A stretch of 64,000 bases of DNA from an uncultured Candidatus Rokubacteria bacterium (GCA_963789955.1 CAWBMV010000037.1:96001-160000); one strand, 5' to 3'. Positions 18,528 through 29,731 are shown, numbered from the stretch's first letter. Notes: generated by a model not told the origin, from the sequence alone. Made by a program: numbers and translations.

Positions 18528-19300
18528 GGCAGGCGCGTGTATCTGGCCCGCAGGCTGTCGAAGCGGCGCGAGCGCCGCAGACCGCGCTGGTTCAAGGTGA
18601 ACCAGAAGAGCACCGAGAGGATCCGCAGGCCGTAGCCGACCGAGGCGAAGAAGCTGGCGGACGACGCCTCGGGGAAGTAGCGCGTCGGCACGGCGATCTC
18701 GGCGATCCGGAACTTCGCGGCGACCACCTGCGCGATGATCTCCTGGTCGAAGACGAAGCCGTCCGAGTTCGCGGGGAAGTTGACGGTTTCGAGCACCTCG
18801 CGCCGGAACGCGCGATACCCCGTGTGGTACTCCGAGAGCGACAGCGAGAATGCGCGGTTCTCCAGGCCGGTCAGGAAACGATTCGCGAAGTACTTCCACC
18901 AGGGCATGCCCTGCGCGAGCGCCGAGCCTTCCTTGAGGCGCGAGCCCAGCACCACGTCGGCCCGGCCGCTCACGATCGGCTCGATGATCTGCGGCACGAG
19001 CCGCGGATCGTACTGGTAGTCCGGGTGCACCATGACCACGATCTCGGCCCCGGCCCGGAGCGCCTCGGCGTAGCACGTCTTCTGGTTGGCGCCGTAGCCG
19101 TAGTTGCGGTTGTGGACGAAGATCTCGAGGCCCAGCTGGCGCGCGATGTCGAGCGTCGCGTCGGTCGAGCCGTCGTCGACCAGGATGACGAGGTTCACGG
19201 TGTCCTTCGGCAGCTCCTCGTAGGTCAGCCGGAGCGTCTGGCCGGCGTTGTAGGCGGGCATCACGACGACGACCTTCGGGGCGGATCGAGTCACGCTCAT
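18524..19300 (-). CDS. Glycosyltransferase family 2 (polyprenol-phosphate glycosyltransferase-like)
   Basis: MPAYNA, VDDGSTD, NYGYG, HPDYQY, TGYRAF. Confidence 0.9.
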   Translation of the reverse strand: MSVTRSAPKVVVVMPAYNAGQTLRLTYEELPKDTVNLVILVDDGSTDATLDIARQLGLEIFVHNRNYGYGANQKTCYAEALRAGAEIVVMVHPDYQYDPRLVPQIIEPIVSGRADVVLGSRLKEGSALAQGMPWWKYFANRFLTGLENRAFSLSLSEYHTGYRAFRREVLETVNFPANSDGFVFDQEIIAQVVAAKFRIAEIAVPTRYFPEASSASFFASVGYGLRILSVLFWFTLNQRGLRRSRRFDSLRARYTRLP

Positions 19301-20007
19301 GACACTCCCGGCCGCTCGGCGTTATCTTCGGGATGGGCCAACACGATGAACTGGTAACCGAGAAGACGGCGCACCTTGCGCGCGATCACCGCGTTGATCG
19401 CGTGGGTGGCGTTCACCCACCCGCGATGCCAGCTCACCGGCAGGATCTGGTAGAGCGGCGCCGGGGTGGCGGTGAAGCGCTCGATCGAGAGACCCGCGTC
19501 GGCGAGCATCGCGCGCAGCGAGCGCTCGGTGAAGAACCGCAAGTGCGACTGATCGAGGATTCCACGGTCGAGGTAGTCGAAGCGTCCGACCAGGAGCAGC
19601 AGCCGGATCCACAGGTGCGCGATGTTCGGCACCGAGATGACCACGAACCCGGCGGGCGCCAGGCTTCGGTCGAGCTCCACGAGCACCCGCAGCGGGTCGA
19701 CCAGGTGCTCGAGCACGTCGCCGTACACGATGACGTCGAAGGGCCCCTCACCGACCGGGATCTCGCGGTCGAGATTCAAGGTGATCATGCGCTCGCAGTG
19801 GCGGGCGCCGGCCTGCGCGAGCACCGGATCGCCCTCGATCGCCGTCACGCGCCAGCCGCGCGCGGTGAGCTGGCGGCTCAGCAAACCGTCGGCGGCGCCG
19901 ACATCGAGCAGCCGCCGGCCCCGCCCGTCACCCAGCCAGCGCAGGATCACCGAGTGGCTGCTGTGCGGATCGGGCTTGAGGACGTACCGCGGTGACGTCC
20001 CGCTCAT
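19297..20007 (-). CDS. Class I SAM-dependent methyltransferase
   Basis: LLDVGAADG, DVLEHLVDP, HLRFFT. Confidence 0.88.
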   Translation of the reverse strand: MSGTSPRYVLKPDPHSSHSVILRWLGDGRGRRLLDVGAADGLLSRQLTARGWRVTAIEGDPVLAQAGARHCERMITLNLDREIPVGEGPFDVIVYGDVLEHLVDPLRVLVELDRSLAPAGFVVISVPNIAHLWIRLLLLVGRFDYLDRGILDQSHLRFFTERSLRAMLADAGLSIERFTATPAPLYQILPVSWHRGWVNATHAINAVIARKVRRLLGYQFIVLAHPEDNAERPGVS

Positions 20008-20014
20008 CGCTCAA

Positions 20015-21707
20015 TCATCGGACGGCAGGCCCTCGATCAGCAAGATTGGAATAGAGCCGGCGCCCGCCGGCTTCGGCGATCAGGTGGACGGAGGCCGGCG
20101 GCAGGGCGCGCACCACGCTCCGCGCCGGGTCGACCGTCGAGATCAGGAACACGCGGCCCGGAAGCTCGTCCAGACCCGCTCGAGCCGCGGCGAGTCCCAG
20201 AAGACGTCGCGCGCCTCGGGGAAGCCGGCGCCGAACGCGAGATTCGGCTGAAGGCCGTTGACGACATGCACCGGGGCCTTCACGACCAGGAGCAGCGACG
20301 CGCTGCTCTCGATCGGCCCCTCGTGCATGACGACGTCGCCCGGCTGGAGCCGACTCGCGAGCGCCGCCGTCAGCGGACGCACGGAGCGAGCTCGCGCCAG
20401 CTGCGTCCTCGCGTCCGCCGCGACCGCCGGCAGAAAGGCGATCGTCGCCGCCAGCGCGATCCCGACACCGAGCGCCGTGGCGCGCCACCAGGCAGCGGCC
20501 GTCAGCGCCACCGTGGCGAGCGCGAAGATCGCAAGGCCGGCTCGCGAGAGTGCGATGACGTCGAGTCCGGCCGAGCGCCGGACGCGAGCCGGCAGGAGCC
20601 CCGGCCAGGATCGCCACGCACACGCCCGTGACCAGCGCGAACAGCGCGAGCAAGGGGCCCACCAGCATCCGCGCCGTCGTCGCGCCCGTCGCGCCTTCGA
20701 TCGCCTCGTCCCAGACGCGCGCCGCCAGAAGGGCGAGCGCCGGAAACGCGACGAGGGCGTGATGAGGCAGCCTGAACGGCGCGAGCGCAGCGAACCCGAC
20801 GACGATCGCAGCCCAGAGTCCGAGCAGGAGCCAGAGCCGCGCCCGCGCGTCGGCCCAGGGCCGCCTGAACACCAGCGCGAACGCCCACGGCCAGCGCGAG
20901 CGCCCACGGAAGGAACCCGAGCAAGGTCAGGCCGAGGAAGCCGAGCAGTCCCAGCGGGGTTTCGTCGTCGGACGCCAGGCGCGGACGCGTGAACGCGTAG
21001 AGATGATTGTCGACCACGACGTGACGGAGAAAACCCGGGCTCCGCGTTTCCATCACGAGATACCAGGGCACGGCGATCGCGAGCGCCACCAGGACGCCCC
21101 ACCAGGGGATCCACGGGGTCACCGGCCGCTCGCGTGTGAGCCAGAAGAAGACCGCGATGACCGGCACGACGGCGAGCGCGTCGAGAAAGTCGCGTGTGAT
21201 CATGGCCAGGCCCAGGCTCGCGTAAAAGACGAGGAGCCCGCGGCGCGTGTCGCCGAGATACGCGAGCACGAACCCGGCCCAGGCGAGCGTGACCCAGAAC
21301 ACGAACAGGAGCTCCGGCCTCGCGGTGCGGCCGTAGACGAATACGCCGAGGTTCGCGGCGACCATGAGCCCGGCGAGCAGTCCCAGACGCGGCCCGCCCA
21401 GGGCGATGCCGAGGCGCGCGGTCAGCGCCGCGCAGCCCACGGCGGCCAGCGCGGGCCAGAGCCGCGCGGCGAACGGCGTCGCGCCAGCCGCGCCGAACGA
21501 GGCCGACACGAGCCAGTGGAGCAGCGGCGGCTGGTCGACGTAGCGCACGCCGTCGATCCGCGGTGTGATCCAGTCGCGAGCGAGCGCCATCTCACGCGCG
21601 ATCGCGGCATGGAATCCTTCCGGCGGATCGAGGAACGGCGCCGCGCCGAGCCCGACGAGGTACAGGCCGGCCGCCACGAGCGCAACGCCGAGCGGGATGC
21701 CCCGCAC
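20015..21707 (-). CDS. ArnT/PMT-like lipid-linked glycosyltransferase (frameshifted)
   Basis: DPPEG..A.IAREM..DWITP, QPPLLHW, AARLWPA, PWY; several frames. Confidence 0.75.
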
Positions 21708-21718
21708 GGGACTGGGAG

Positions 21719-22448
21719 CTAGGTGACCTTGACGAGCGCGTCGGCCGGCAGGCTTCGGAGGAACTCGGTCAGCGCGCCGTCGAGGTACTCACGATCGCGG
21801 GACTCGAGCGTGACCTTCACCTTGTATTCAGGATTGGAGAACTCGGGGTAGGAGCCGAGCAGCAGCTGCGGGAAGCCCACCAGGAGCCGGTTCAGGTAGT
21901 CGGCGAGCACGCCCTCGCCGATGGCCACGAACACGTTCTTCAGGTGGATCGGCTGGTCGCGGAACCGTTCGCGGATGGCTTCGAACTTCTGGCGGAAGAT
22001 CTCCGGCACGCCGGGCAAGACGTACACGTTGCGCATCAGCACGGTCGGAAAGCGTATCGTCTCGCCGCCCACCAGCTCGGCGCCCTCGGGAATCTCGGCC
22101 ATCTTGAGATGCGACTCGTTGAGCCGGTCCCGGAAGTGACGCTGCAGCAGCGTCGACCAGCATCGGGTGGCGTACGACCTTGGCCCCCATGGCGAGCGCG
22201 ACCCCCTCGAGGGTGACGTCGTCGTGCGTGGGCCCCACGCCGCCCGAGGTGAACACGACGTCGTGGGCGCGGCTGAAGGCCGCGACTTCCTGGGCGATCA
22301 GCTGGATTTCGTCGGGGATGACGGTGATGCGTCGTACGTCGACGCCGAGCGCGCGGAGCTCCCGGCACAGATACGCGGCGTTGGCGTCGGCGATCTTCCC
22401 GGAGAGGATCTCGTTGCCCACGAGAATGATGCCCGCGGTCTTCGGCAT
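21719..22448 (-). CDS. CinA-like molybdopterin-binding domain protein (frameshifted)
   Basis: VGNEILSGKIADAN, SGGVGPTHDDVT, LPGVPE. Confidence 0.85.
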
Positions 22449-22565
22449 GGGTCCCGAGCGATTCTACGATGCTAGAATGCAGGAGTCCATTCGGTGGTTC
22501 GCGCTGCAGGCCGTCGCGGGGCTGGGCCCCGCCGGCCGAGGCGCGATTCTGAATTGGAGACAACG

Positions 22566-23366
22566 ATGATTCAATTGAGCGGCTGGGCGCTCACCCTCGG
22601 CGCGTCGTCCGGGTTCGGCGAGGCGGCCAGTCTCGCGCTGGCCCGCGCCGGATTGAACATCTTCGGCGTCCATCTCGACCGCAAGGCGACGATGCCCAAT
22701 GCTGAGCGGATCACCGCCGAGATCAAGGCGCTCGGCCGCCAGGCGGTGTTCTTCAACGTCAACGCCGCCGACGCCGAGAAGCGCGCCGAAGTCGCCGGGC
22801 AGATGGCGCACGTGCTCGAGGAGCGCGGCGAGTCGGGCACGTTACGCGTGCTCCTGCACTCGCTGGCGTTCGGCACCCTCAAGCTCTACGTCGCCGATCC
22901 GATGAAGGAAGCCGTCACGCAGGCGCAGATGGACATGACCCTGGACGTGATGGCCCACTCGCTCGTCTACTGGACCCAGGAGGTCGTGGGCCGCGGGCTC
23001 ATGACGCGCGGCGGGCGCATCTACGCGATGACCTCGTCCGGCGGGACGCGCGTGCTGCCCTTCTACGGCCCGGTGTCCGCGGCAAAGGCGGCGCTCGAGT
23101 CGCATATCCGCCAGCTCGCCTCCGAGCTCGCGCCGCAAGGCATCACCGCGAACGCCATCCGCGCCGGCGTGACCGACACGCCCGCCCTGCAGAAGATCCC
23201 GAAGCACGACTCGATCATCGCCGAGGCACAGCGGCGCAACCCGAGCGGACGCATGACGACGACCGAGGACGTCGCGCGGGCCATCGTCGTGCTGTCCCAC
23301 CCTGACACGTACTGGATCACCGGCAACGTGATCGGCGTCGACGGCGGGGAAGATATCGTCGGGTGA
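22566..23366 (+). CDS. SDR family reductase (FabL/enoyl-ACP-reductase-like)
   Basis: LGASSGFG, YGPVSAAKAALE, VDGG. Confidence 0.85.
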   Translation: MIQLSGWALTLGASSGFGEAASLALARAGLNIFGVHLDRKATMPNAERITAEIKALGRQAVFFNVNAADAEKRAEVAGQMAHVLEERGESGTLRVLLHSLAFGTLKLYVADPMKEAVTQAQMDMTLDVMAHSLVYWTQEVVGRGLMTRGGRIYAMTSSGGTRVLPFYGPVSAAKAALESHIRQLASELAPQGITANAIRAGVTDTPALQKIPKHDSIIAEAQRRNPSGRMTTTEDVARAIVVLSHPDTYWITGNVIGVDGGEDIVG

Positions 23367-24155
23367 CCTACACCCAGGGGGTGGTGCTCGGCCTCGTCCA
23401 GGGGCTCACCGAGTTCCTCCCTGTATCGTCCTCCGGCCACCTGATCCTCGTGCCGCACGTCTTCGGCTGGCAGGATCAGGGGCTCGGCTTCGACGCGGTC
23501 ATGCATCTCGGGACGCTCGCGGCACTCCTCGCCTACTTCCGCCGCGAGCTCCTCGGCATGGCCACGGGCGCGCTCTCACGGCGACTCGCCGTCTTGCTCA
23601 TCCTGGCGACGATCCCCGGCGCGCTGGTCGGGCGTGATCCTGGAAAAGCTCGTCGAGTCCAAGCTCCGCTCACCCCTGCTCATCGCGTGCACGACCGCCG
23701 GATGGGCGATCGTCATGTGGATCGCCGATCGCCGCGCTGCGCCCGCGCCGACACGAGCGGGCGATCCGCTCGAGCGCGTCTCGCTCGGCCAGGCCCTCAC
23801 GGTCGGCTGCGCTCAGGCCCTGGCGTTGATCCCGGGCACGTCGCGCTCGGGCATCACGATCACCGCGGGACTGTTCAGCGGCTTCGATCGTGCGACGGCG
23901 GCCCGTTTCGCGTTCCTGCTGGGCATTCCGATCACCGCCGGCGCGGGCAGCCTGAAGGCGCTCCACTTGCTGAAGGAAGGTCTCCCGCCCGGTGACGGAG
24001 GGCCGTTGACGGCGGCGCTGATCACGGCGTTCGTCAGCGGCTGGTTCGCGGTGTGGTTTCTGGTCAGCTATCTGAAGACCCGCTCGCTGCAGCCGTTCGT
24101 GATCTACCGGCTGTTGCTCGCGCTCGTGATCTTCCTGGTCATCCTGCGCGGCTGA
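23363..24155 (+). CDS. uppP: Undecaprenyl-diphosphate phosphatase (frameshift near 23630)
   Basis: GLTEFLPVSSSGH, PGTSRSG, FVIYR. Confidence 0.9.
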
Positions 24156-24197
24156 CGCGACGACCCGGCCGGCTGCCCGAGGCGCCGAGCGCCGCGG

Positions 24198-24983
24198 TCA
24201 GGCCCACATCAGATCGAAGAGCCGGCAGGCGTTGGTCGAGAGCTGGAACATCACGTCCTCGACCGGCAGGTGCTTGAGCTTCGCGACTTCTTCGGCGACT
24301 CGGCTGGCGAGCCAGGGGCCGGACTCGACGCCCTCGAACTCGCCGCCGTACTCCCACGGACCATCGCTCTCGACCAGCAGGGCGTCGAGCGGGACGCCGG
24401 TGACGAGGTCGCGGTCGCGATCGCGGGACACGAGGTCCGGGGTGACCGAGACCAGGTAGCCGGCGTCGATGATGGCGCGCGTGACCGCGGCGGGCGCCTT
24501 GTGCCAGTGGAACACGGCGCGCTCGACACCGTGGTGCTTGAGCGCGTCGAGCGCGTCGGCCGCGGCGCCGTGGGGCGCGTGCAGCGCCACCGGAAGATTC
24601 CAGCGGATGGCGAGATCGAGGAGCCGGTCGAGCCGCGCTCGGCCCTGCTCACGGAGCGCGTCCGGGTCGGGCGCGCCCTCGAGCGAATACCACGGCAGGC
24701 CGATCTCGCCGATGCCCACGATCCGTGAATGATGCGCGGCGATCTGCGCCTCGACCCGCTGAAGGTCCTCGTCGCCGAGATCGGACCGATCCGGGTGGAA
24801 TCCCAGGCAGGCCCAGACCGACTTGGGCGCGGCGGCGGCCGCCTCGAGCGTTTGCGCATTCGTCTCGGGGTCGCAGCCGACGGCGATCGCGCCCCACACG
24901 TCGTGCGCCATCGACAGCCGGAGCGTCTCCTTGAGGTCGGCGAACGCCGGATCGTGCAGGTGACAGTGGCTGTCGATGAGCAT
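24198..24983 (-). CDS. TatD family hydrolase/nuclease
   Basis: IDSHCH, GFHP, GIGEIGL, ESDGP. Confidence 0.88.
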   Translation of the reverse strand: MLIDSHCHLHDPAFADLKETLRLSMAHDVWGAIAVGCDPETNAQTLEAAAAAPKSVWACLGFHPDRSDLGDEDLQRVEAQIAAHHSRIVGIGEIGLPWYSLEGAPDPDALREQGRARLDRLLDLAIRWNLPVALHAPHGAAADALDALKHHGVERAVFHWHKAPAAVTRAIIDAGYLVSVTPDLVSRDRDRDLVTGVPLDALLVESDGPWEYGGEFEGVESGPWLASRVAEEVAKLKHLPVEDVMFQLSTNACRLFDLMWA

Positions 24984-24994
24984 CGTGCAGTCTG

Positions 24995-26329
24995 TCAGGT
25001 TCCCGCCACCACCATCCGGCCGATCCTGAGCGTGGGCGCCACTGTCCGATCACGCAGGACCAGGTCGTCCCCGACGCCGTCGATCGCCGACAGCATCTCC
25101 AGCAGATTGCCGGCCACCGTCACCTCCTCCACCGGATACGCGAGCTCGCCGTTCTCGATCCACTGCCCGACCGCACCGCGAGAATAATCGCCGGTGACGC
25201 CGTTGACGCCGAAGCCGATCAGCTCGGTCACGTAGAACCCGTTCTTGACCGACCGGATCAAGTCCTCCGGCTTCGTCGTTCCCGGCAGCATCATGAGGTT
25301 CGTCGTCGTGACCGAGACACCGCTGCCGTCCCGGCCGGCGTGGTGCGTGGACTCGAGGCCGAGCTTGCGGGCGCAGTAGGTGTCGAGCAAGTACGACTCG
25401 AGGACCCCCTCGCGCACCAGGACGGTCCGGCCCGTCGCCAGCCCCTCGCCGTCGAACGGACGCGAGCCGAGCGCCGACGGGATCAGGGCGTCGTCCACGA
25501 TCGTGACGCTCGGCGCCGCGATCTTCGTGCCGAGCCGGTCGAGCAGGAACGAGGCGCGGCGATAGAGGCTCGGGCCGCTCGCCGCGCCGGCGATCGAGCG
25601 CACCAGGCTCGCCGCGGTCTCCGGGTCGAACACCACCGGCACCTCGACCGATTTCATCTTGCGAGCGCCCAGCCGCCGCACCGCGCGCGCCGCCGCCTTG
25701 CGTCCGACGGCTTCGGGATCCTCGAGCCCGGCGCGCTTGCGCGCGGTCGAGTACCAGTAGTCGCGCTGCATCTCGCCGTTGCGCGACGCGATCGGCGACA
25801 CGCTGATACTGAAGCCCGTCGTCGCGTAGCCGTGGGCGAAGCCGTGCGAGGTCGCGTAGGCGTAGCGGGCGCGGCGATCGGAATACTCGGCGCCCTCGGA
25901 GTTGGTCACGCGCGGATCGCTCTCGAGCGCCGCCGCCTCGGCGCGGCGCGCGATCTCGATCTTCTCCTCGGGCGACAGATCGCCGCCCGCGTCCTCGAGG
26001 TCGAGATCGGGCACCCGCGCGATGAGGGTCGCCGGATCCGGCAAGCCGGCGTGGGGGTCCTCCGCCGTGATCTTCGCCAGCGCGGTCGCCTCGTCCACGA
26101 CCCGCTCGAGCGACTCCCGCGACAGGTCCGACGTCGACGCGGCGGCCGAGGCGCGGCCGGCGAAGACGCGCAGGGACAGCCGCTGCTCGCGAGAGTGGTT
26201 GATGTTCTCGATCTCGCGCATGCGCACGGAGGCGCTGAAGTGGCTCTCCTCGACGAGGAAACCGTCGGCAGCGGTGGCGCCGCGCTGGGCGGCGCGCTTG
26301 AGCACCGACACCAGCAGGTCGGTGTTCAT
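24995..26329 (-). CDS. pmbA: TldE/PmbA protein (canonical)
   Basis: MQRDYWY, SRPFDGEG, GVTGDYSRGA, EEVTVAGNL. Confidence 0.9.
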   Translation of the reverse strand: MNTDLLVSVLKRAAQRGATAADGFLVEESHFSASVRMREIENINHSREQRLSLRVFAGRASAAASTSDLSRESLERVVDEATALAKITAEDPHAGLPDPATLIARVPDLDLEDAGGDLSPEEKIEIARRAEAAALESDPRVTNSEGAEYSDRRARYAYATSHGFAHGYATTGFSISVSPIASRNGEMQRDYWYSTARKRAGLEDPEAVGRKAAARAVRRLGARKMKSVEVPVVFDPETAASLVRSIAGAASGPSLYRRASFLLDRLGTKIAAPSVTIVDDALIPSALGSRPFDGEGLATGRTVLVREGVLESYLLDTYCARKLGLESTHHAGRDGSGVSVTTTNLMMLPGTTKPEDLIRSVKNGFYVTELIGFGVNGVTGDYSRGAVGQWIENGELAYPVEEVTVAGNLLEMLSAIDGVGDDLVLRDRTVAPTLRIGRMVVAGT

Positions 26330-26354
26330 TGTAGCGGGGTCCTCGAGGCCGGCT

Positions 26355-26477
26355 TGGACCGAGGGTGGCCTGAGATAGGCGCGAGCCGGCTCCGCGGCGA
26401 CGTATTCATCGCGTTATGCTCCGCGAGCCCGGCTTCCCGTCCACGGGCCCCGTGGTGGACCGAAGGTGACTCTGAGA
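26355..26477. repeat. About 21-bp imperfect direct repeats flanking a palindromic insert in the tldD-pmbA spacer
   Basis: TGGACCGAGGGTGGCCTGAGA (26355-26375) vs TGGACCGAAGGTGACTCTGAGA (26456-26477). Confidence 0.55.
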
Positions 26478-26493
26478 GCGACGCACGCTGGCT

Positions 26494-27942
26494 TCATACC
26501 GCCGTCCCCCCCACGGTGATGCCGTCGATGCGGATCGTCGGGAGACCGACGCCGACCGGCACCGACTGCCCGTCCTTGCCGCAGGTCCCCACGCCTTCGT
26601 CGAGCTTCAGGTCGTTGCCGACTCGGGACACGCGCGTCAGGGCTTCCGGTCCGTTGCCGATGAGGGTCGCGCCCTTGACCGGCGCGGTGATCCGGCCGTC
26701 CTCGACCAGGTAGGCTTCGCTCGCCGAGAACACGAACTTGCCGTTCGTGATGTCCACCTGGCCGCCGCCGAAGGTCACGGCGTAGAGGCCGTGCTTGACG
26801 GACTTCAAGATCTCCTGGGGGTCGTCCTGGCCGGCGAGCATGAACGTGTTGGTCATGCGCGGCATCGGCGCGTACGCGTACGACTCGCGGCGTCCGTTGC
26901 CGGTCGGCTTCATGCCCATGAGCCGGGCGTTGAGCCGGTCTTGCATGTAGCCGGTGAGGATCCCGTTCTCGATCAGCACCGTGCGGCCCGTCGGCGTGCC
27001 CTCGTCGTCGACGTTGAGCGAGCCGCGCCGATTCGCGATCGTGCCGTCGTCGACCACCGTCACCAGCTCGGAGGCGACCTTCTGGCCCATGCGGCCGGCG
27101 AAGGCCGAGGTGCCCTTGCGATTGAAGTCGCCCTCGAGGCCGTGACCGATCGCCTCGTGCAGGAGAATTCCGGGCCAGCCCGGTCCGAACACGACCGTCA
27201 TCGCCCCGGCCGGCGCATCCACCGCGCTCAGCTTGAGCACGGCCTGGCGCGCCGCTTCCGCGGCGAACCGGCGCCAGCGCTCGTCTTGCAGGTAGAAGTC
27301 GAAGGTCACCCGCCCGCCGCCGCCGTACGAGCCGATCTCGCGCTTACCGCCGTCTTCGGCGATGGCGGTGACGTTGAGCCGGGTGAGCGGACGGATGTCG
27401 CCGACGGTCCAGCCGGACGCGGTGGCGATGAGCATGATCACTTCTTCGCTCGCGATCGACGCGATGACCTGCTTGATGCGGGGATCGGCCGCGCGGGTCT
27501 CGGCGTCGATCTTTCGCAACAGGTCGAGCTTGCGCGCGAGCTCGGCGGCGATCGGGGGCTCGGCCAAGGTGTAGAGATCGTGCGGGCGGCCGCGGCCCGG
27601 CAGGGCCAGATTCCCAGACGACGCGCTGCGGTCGGCGATCGCGCGCGCCTGGCGCGCGGCTTCTTCGAGGTTCTTGATCGAGATCTCGTCCGTGTGGGCG
27701 TAGCCGGTCCGGGTTCCCGACTGGGCCCGGACCCCTGCCCCCTGGCTCACGTGGCGCGAGGCCTTTTTGACCGCGCCTTCCTCGAGAACCAGATCTTCGT
27801 TGATGCGGTACTCGAGGTAGATATCGGCGTCGTCGACCTTGCCGATGAGGTTACCGCCGAGGACGCGCTCCATGAGATCGGACGTGATGCTGAATCGGTC
27901 AGAAAAAAAACTCTCCGGACGGGTGCGGGCCAGATCTGTCAT
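26494..27942 (-). CDS. tldD: TldD metalloprotease (canonical)
   Basis: GWPGILLHEAIGHGLEGDFNRKG, PRMTNT, CGKDGQSVPVGVG. Confidence 0.95.
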   Translation of the reverse strand: MTDLARTRPESFFSDRFSITSDLMERVLGGNLIGKVDDADIYLEYRINEDLVLEEGAVKKASRHVSQGAGVRAQSGTRTGYAHTDEISIKNLEEAARQARAIADRSASSGNLALPGRGRPHDLYTLAEPPIAAELARKLDLLRKIDAETRAADPRIKQVIASIASEEVIMLIATASGWTVGDIRPLTRLNVTAIAEDGGKREIGSYGGGGRVTFDFYLQDERWRRFAAEAARQAVLKLSAVDAPAGAMTVVFGPGWPGILLHEAIGHGLEGDFNRKGTSAFAGRMGQKVASELVTVVDDGTIANRRGSLNVDDEGTPTGRTVLIENGILTGYMQDRLNARLMGMKPTGNGRRESYAYAPMPRMTNTFMLAGQDDPQEILKSVKHGLYAVTFGGGQVDITNGKFVFSASEAYLVEDGRITAPVKGATLIGNGPEALTRVSRVGNDLKLDEGVGTCGKDGQSVPVGVGLPTIRIDGITVGGTAV

Positions 27943-28038
27943 TGGCGGTTCGGCCTCCAGGCCGTCGTGAGGGCCAATCCTATCGCGCGACCCCCGGCGC
28001 CCCAAGCTTTTTGGATTCGTCTTTCCTACATCTTCATT

Positions 28039-28884
28039 CTACCTGTCGCGTGAAGTGTGAGACCGGCGGCACGAAGCTAACCAGCCGCTTGAAAGGCTCT
28101 GAATTATCTCGTGAATGCGTCTGACCCCGTGCACGAGCGACGGTCCAGGAGACAGGATGTCGGCGCCGTCGATTTCGTGGATTTGGTTGGTCTTCACCGC
28201 CGCGATGTCAGTCCATCCCGGCCGGCGTCCTGATCTGGCTCGCGTCGACCGGCTTGCCGCACCACGACGCGAGGATGATCTGAGGGTCACGCGCGATGAC
28301 GGCCTCGGGCGTGACGATCCGGTCCGGGGCCGCGGGCTGGTCGCGCAGCTCGGCGAACACGTCGCGCCCGCCGGCGATCTCGATGGCCTCGGACACCCAG
28401 CGAATGCCCGCGATCAGCGGGTCCATCCACTCCTCGAAGTAGACACGCGGGCGATCCGGCCACGCCGCCGAGTACTCGCGCACCTGGCGGATGTCGTCCC
28501 GCAGATCCCTGATCAGATCGCGGGCGCGCCCGCTCGCAGCCCAGCGCGCCGCCGATGAGCAGAATCGTTTCCAGGATCTCGTCGAACGAGCGCTGGTTGG
28601 TGCAGAGCACGGTCACGCCGGCCCCGATCAAATCGCGGACGACATCGCGCTGAAGATCGGAGAAGGCCAGGACCAGATCCGGCTCCAGCGCGAGGATCCG
28701 CTCCAGCTTGAACGTCGTGAAGCCGCCGACGCGAGCCTTCTCGCGCGCGGCTTCCGGGCGCCGCGCGGTGCCGGGGACGCCGACGACCCGATCACCGGCG
28801 CCCAGCAAGAAAGGCGATCTCCGCGGTCTCGGCCGTCAGGCAGACGACACGGCGCGGGAACTCCACCGCACTCTCGCCGTACAT
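28039..28884 (-). CDS. BtuF-like cobalamin/Fe-siderophore-binding protein (multiple frameshifts)
   Basis: RVVCLTAET, PDLVLAFSDLQ, YFEEWMDP, SWCGK, ILSPGP across frames. Confidence 0.75.
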
Positions 28885-28886
28885 GC

Positions 28887-29599
28887 TCAGGTCGCAGAGC
28901 GCGCGCGAGCGGCCGCTCGACCCCGGCGAATCCGCTCAGCAGCAGCCATCCGGGAAATGCCCGAGCCCACTCGCGCGGTCCGTGCACGACGACGGCGCGG
29001 GAGCGTACCGCCGCGCTGAAGCTCAGATCCCCGAGCCAGACCTCTCGTCATCGCCTCGAGGTCCGCGCTGACGATCAGGTCGGATTCGAAGCCCGGATCT
29101 CTCACACACAGGTCGACCTCGGGGCGCTGGCAGGACGAGCCACAGGGTCGAGCGCCCCGATACCGCGCCGGGATGCCTCGAAAGTCGAAGCGCGTGACGA
29201 CGCGCTCGGCCGGGAAGACGGTCGACCGCGATCCGCCGGTGGATGTCCCACATGAGAGGCCCGGGGTCCAGGTTCTCCAGGCTCAGTCGCGACCGTGGAT
29301 CCAGCGCTGGCCCCACTCGCCGAGCCGGTCGATGACCGCGCGGAACTCCTCGCCGGCCGGCGTCAACCGATACTCGCGCCCCCGTCCGCTCTTAGCGGGA
29401 TGCTCTCGATCACGCCCGTGTCCTCGAGCGTGGCTGCAAGCGCTGGGCGAGCAGCGAGCGAGAGATCAGGGGCATGCCGCGGCGAGATCTTGAAGCGCCG
29501 GCTGCCGCAGAACATCTCGCGCAGTATCAGCGGGGTCCACCGCTCGGCGAAGACCTCGCTGGCCACCGCGACCGGGCAGAACTGTCCGTAGCCGCGCAT
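28887..29599 (-). CDS. HxlR-family winged-helix regulator with C-terminal extension (multiple frameshifts)
   Basis: YGQFCPVA.ASEVFAERWTPLILRE; downstream fragments LMWDIHRR, DPGFE.DL. Confidence 0.72.
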
Positions 29600-29731
29600 C
29601 GTGACCGGACTCTAGGAGTCTGCGATCGACCGGCAAGTCCATTTTTTGGGCTTGCGTCCTCTCGACGGGGCGGCCATTGTCCATGGAGGAGGACATCACT
29701 GGCTGTCGCGACTCCGAGCCTCGACGAGGAC

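Noticed and set aside
26355..26477. Possible mini-CRISPR
   Set aside because: Only two imperfect repeats of about 21 bp, an 80-bp spacer, and no cas genes
28039..28900. Cobalamin riboswitch upstream of the btuF-like gene
   Set aside because: No intergenic space and no B12-box visible; the gene abuts the HxlR regulator
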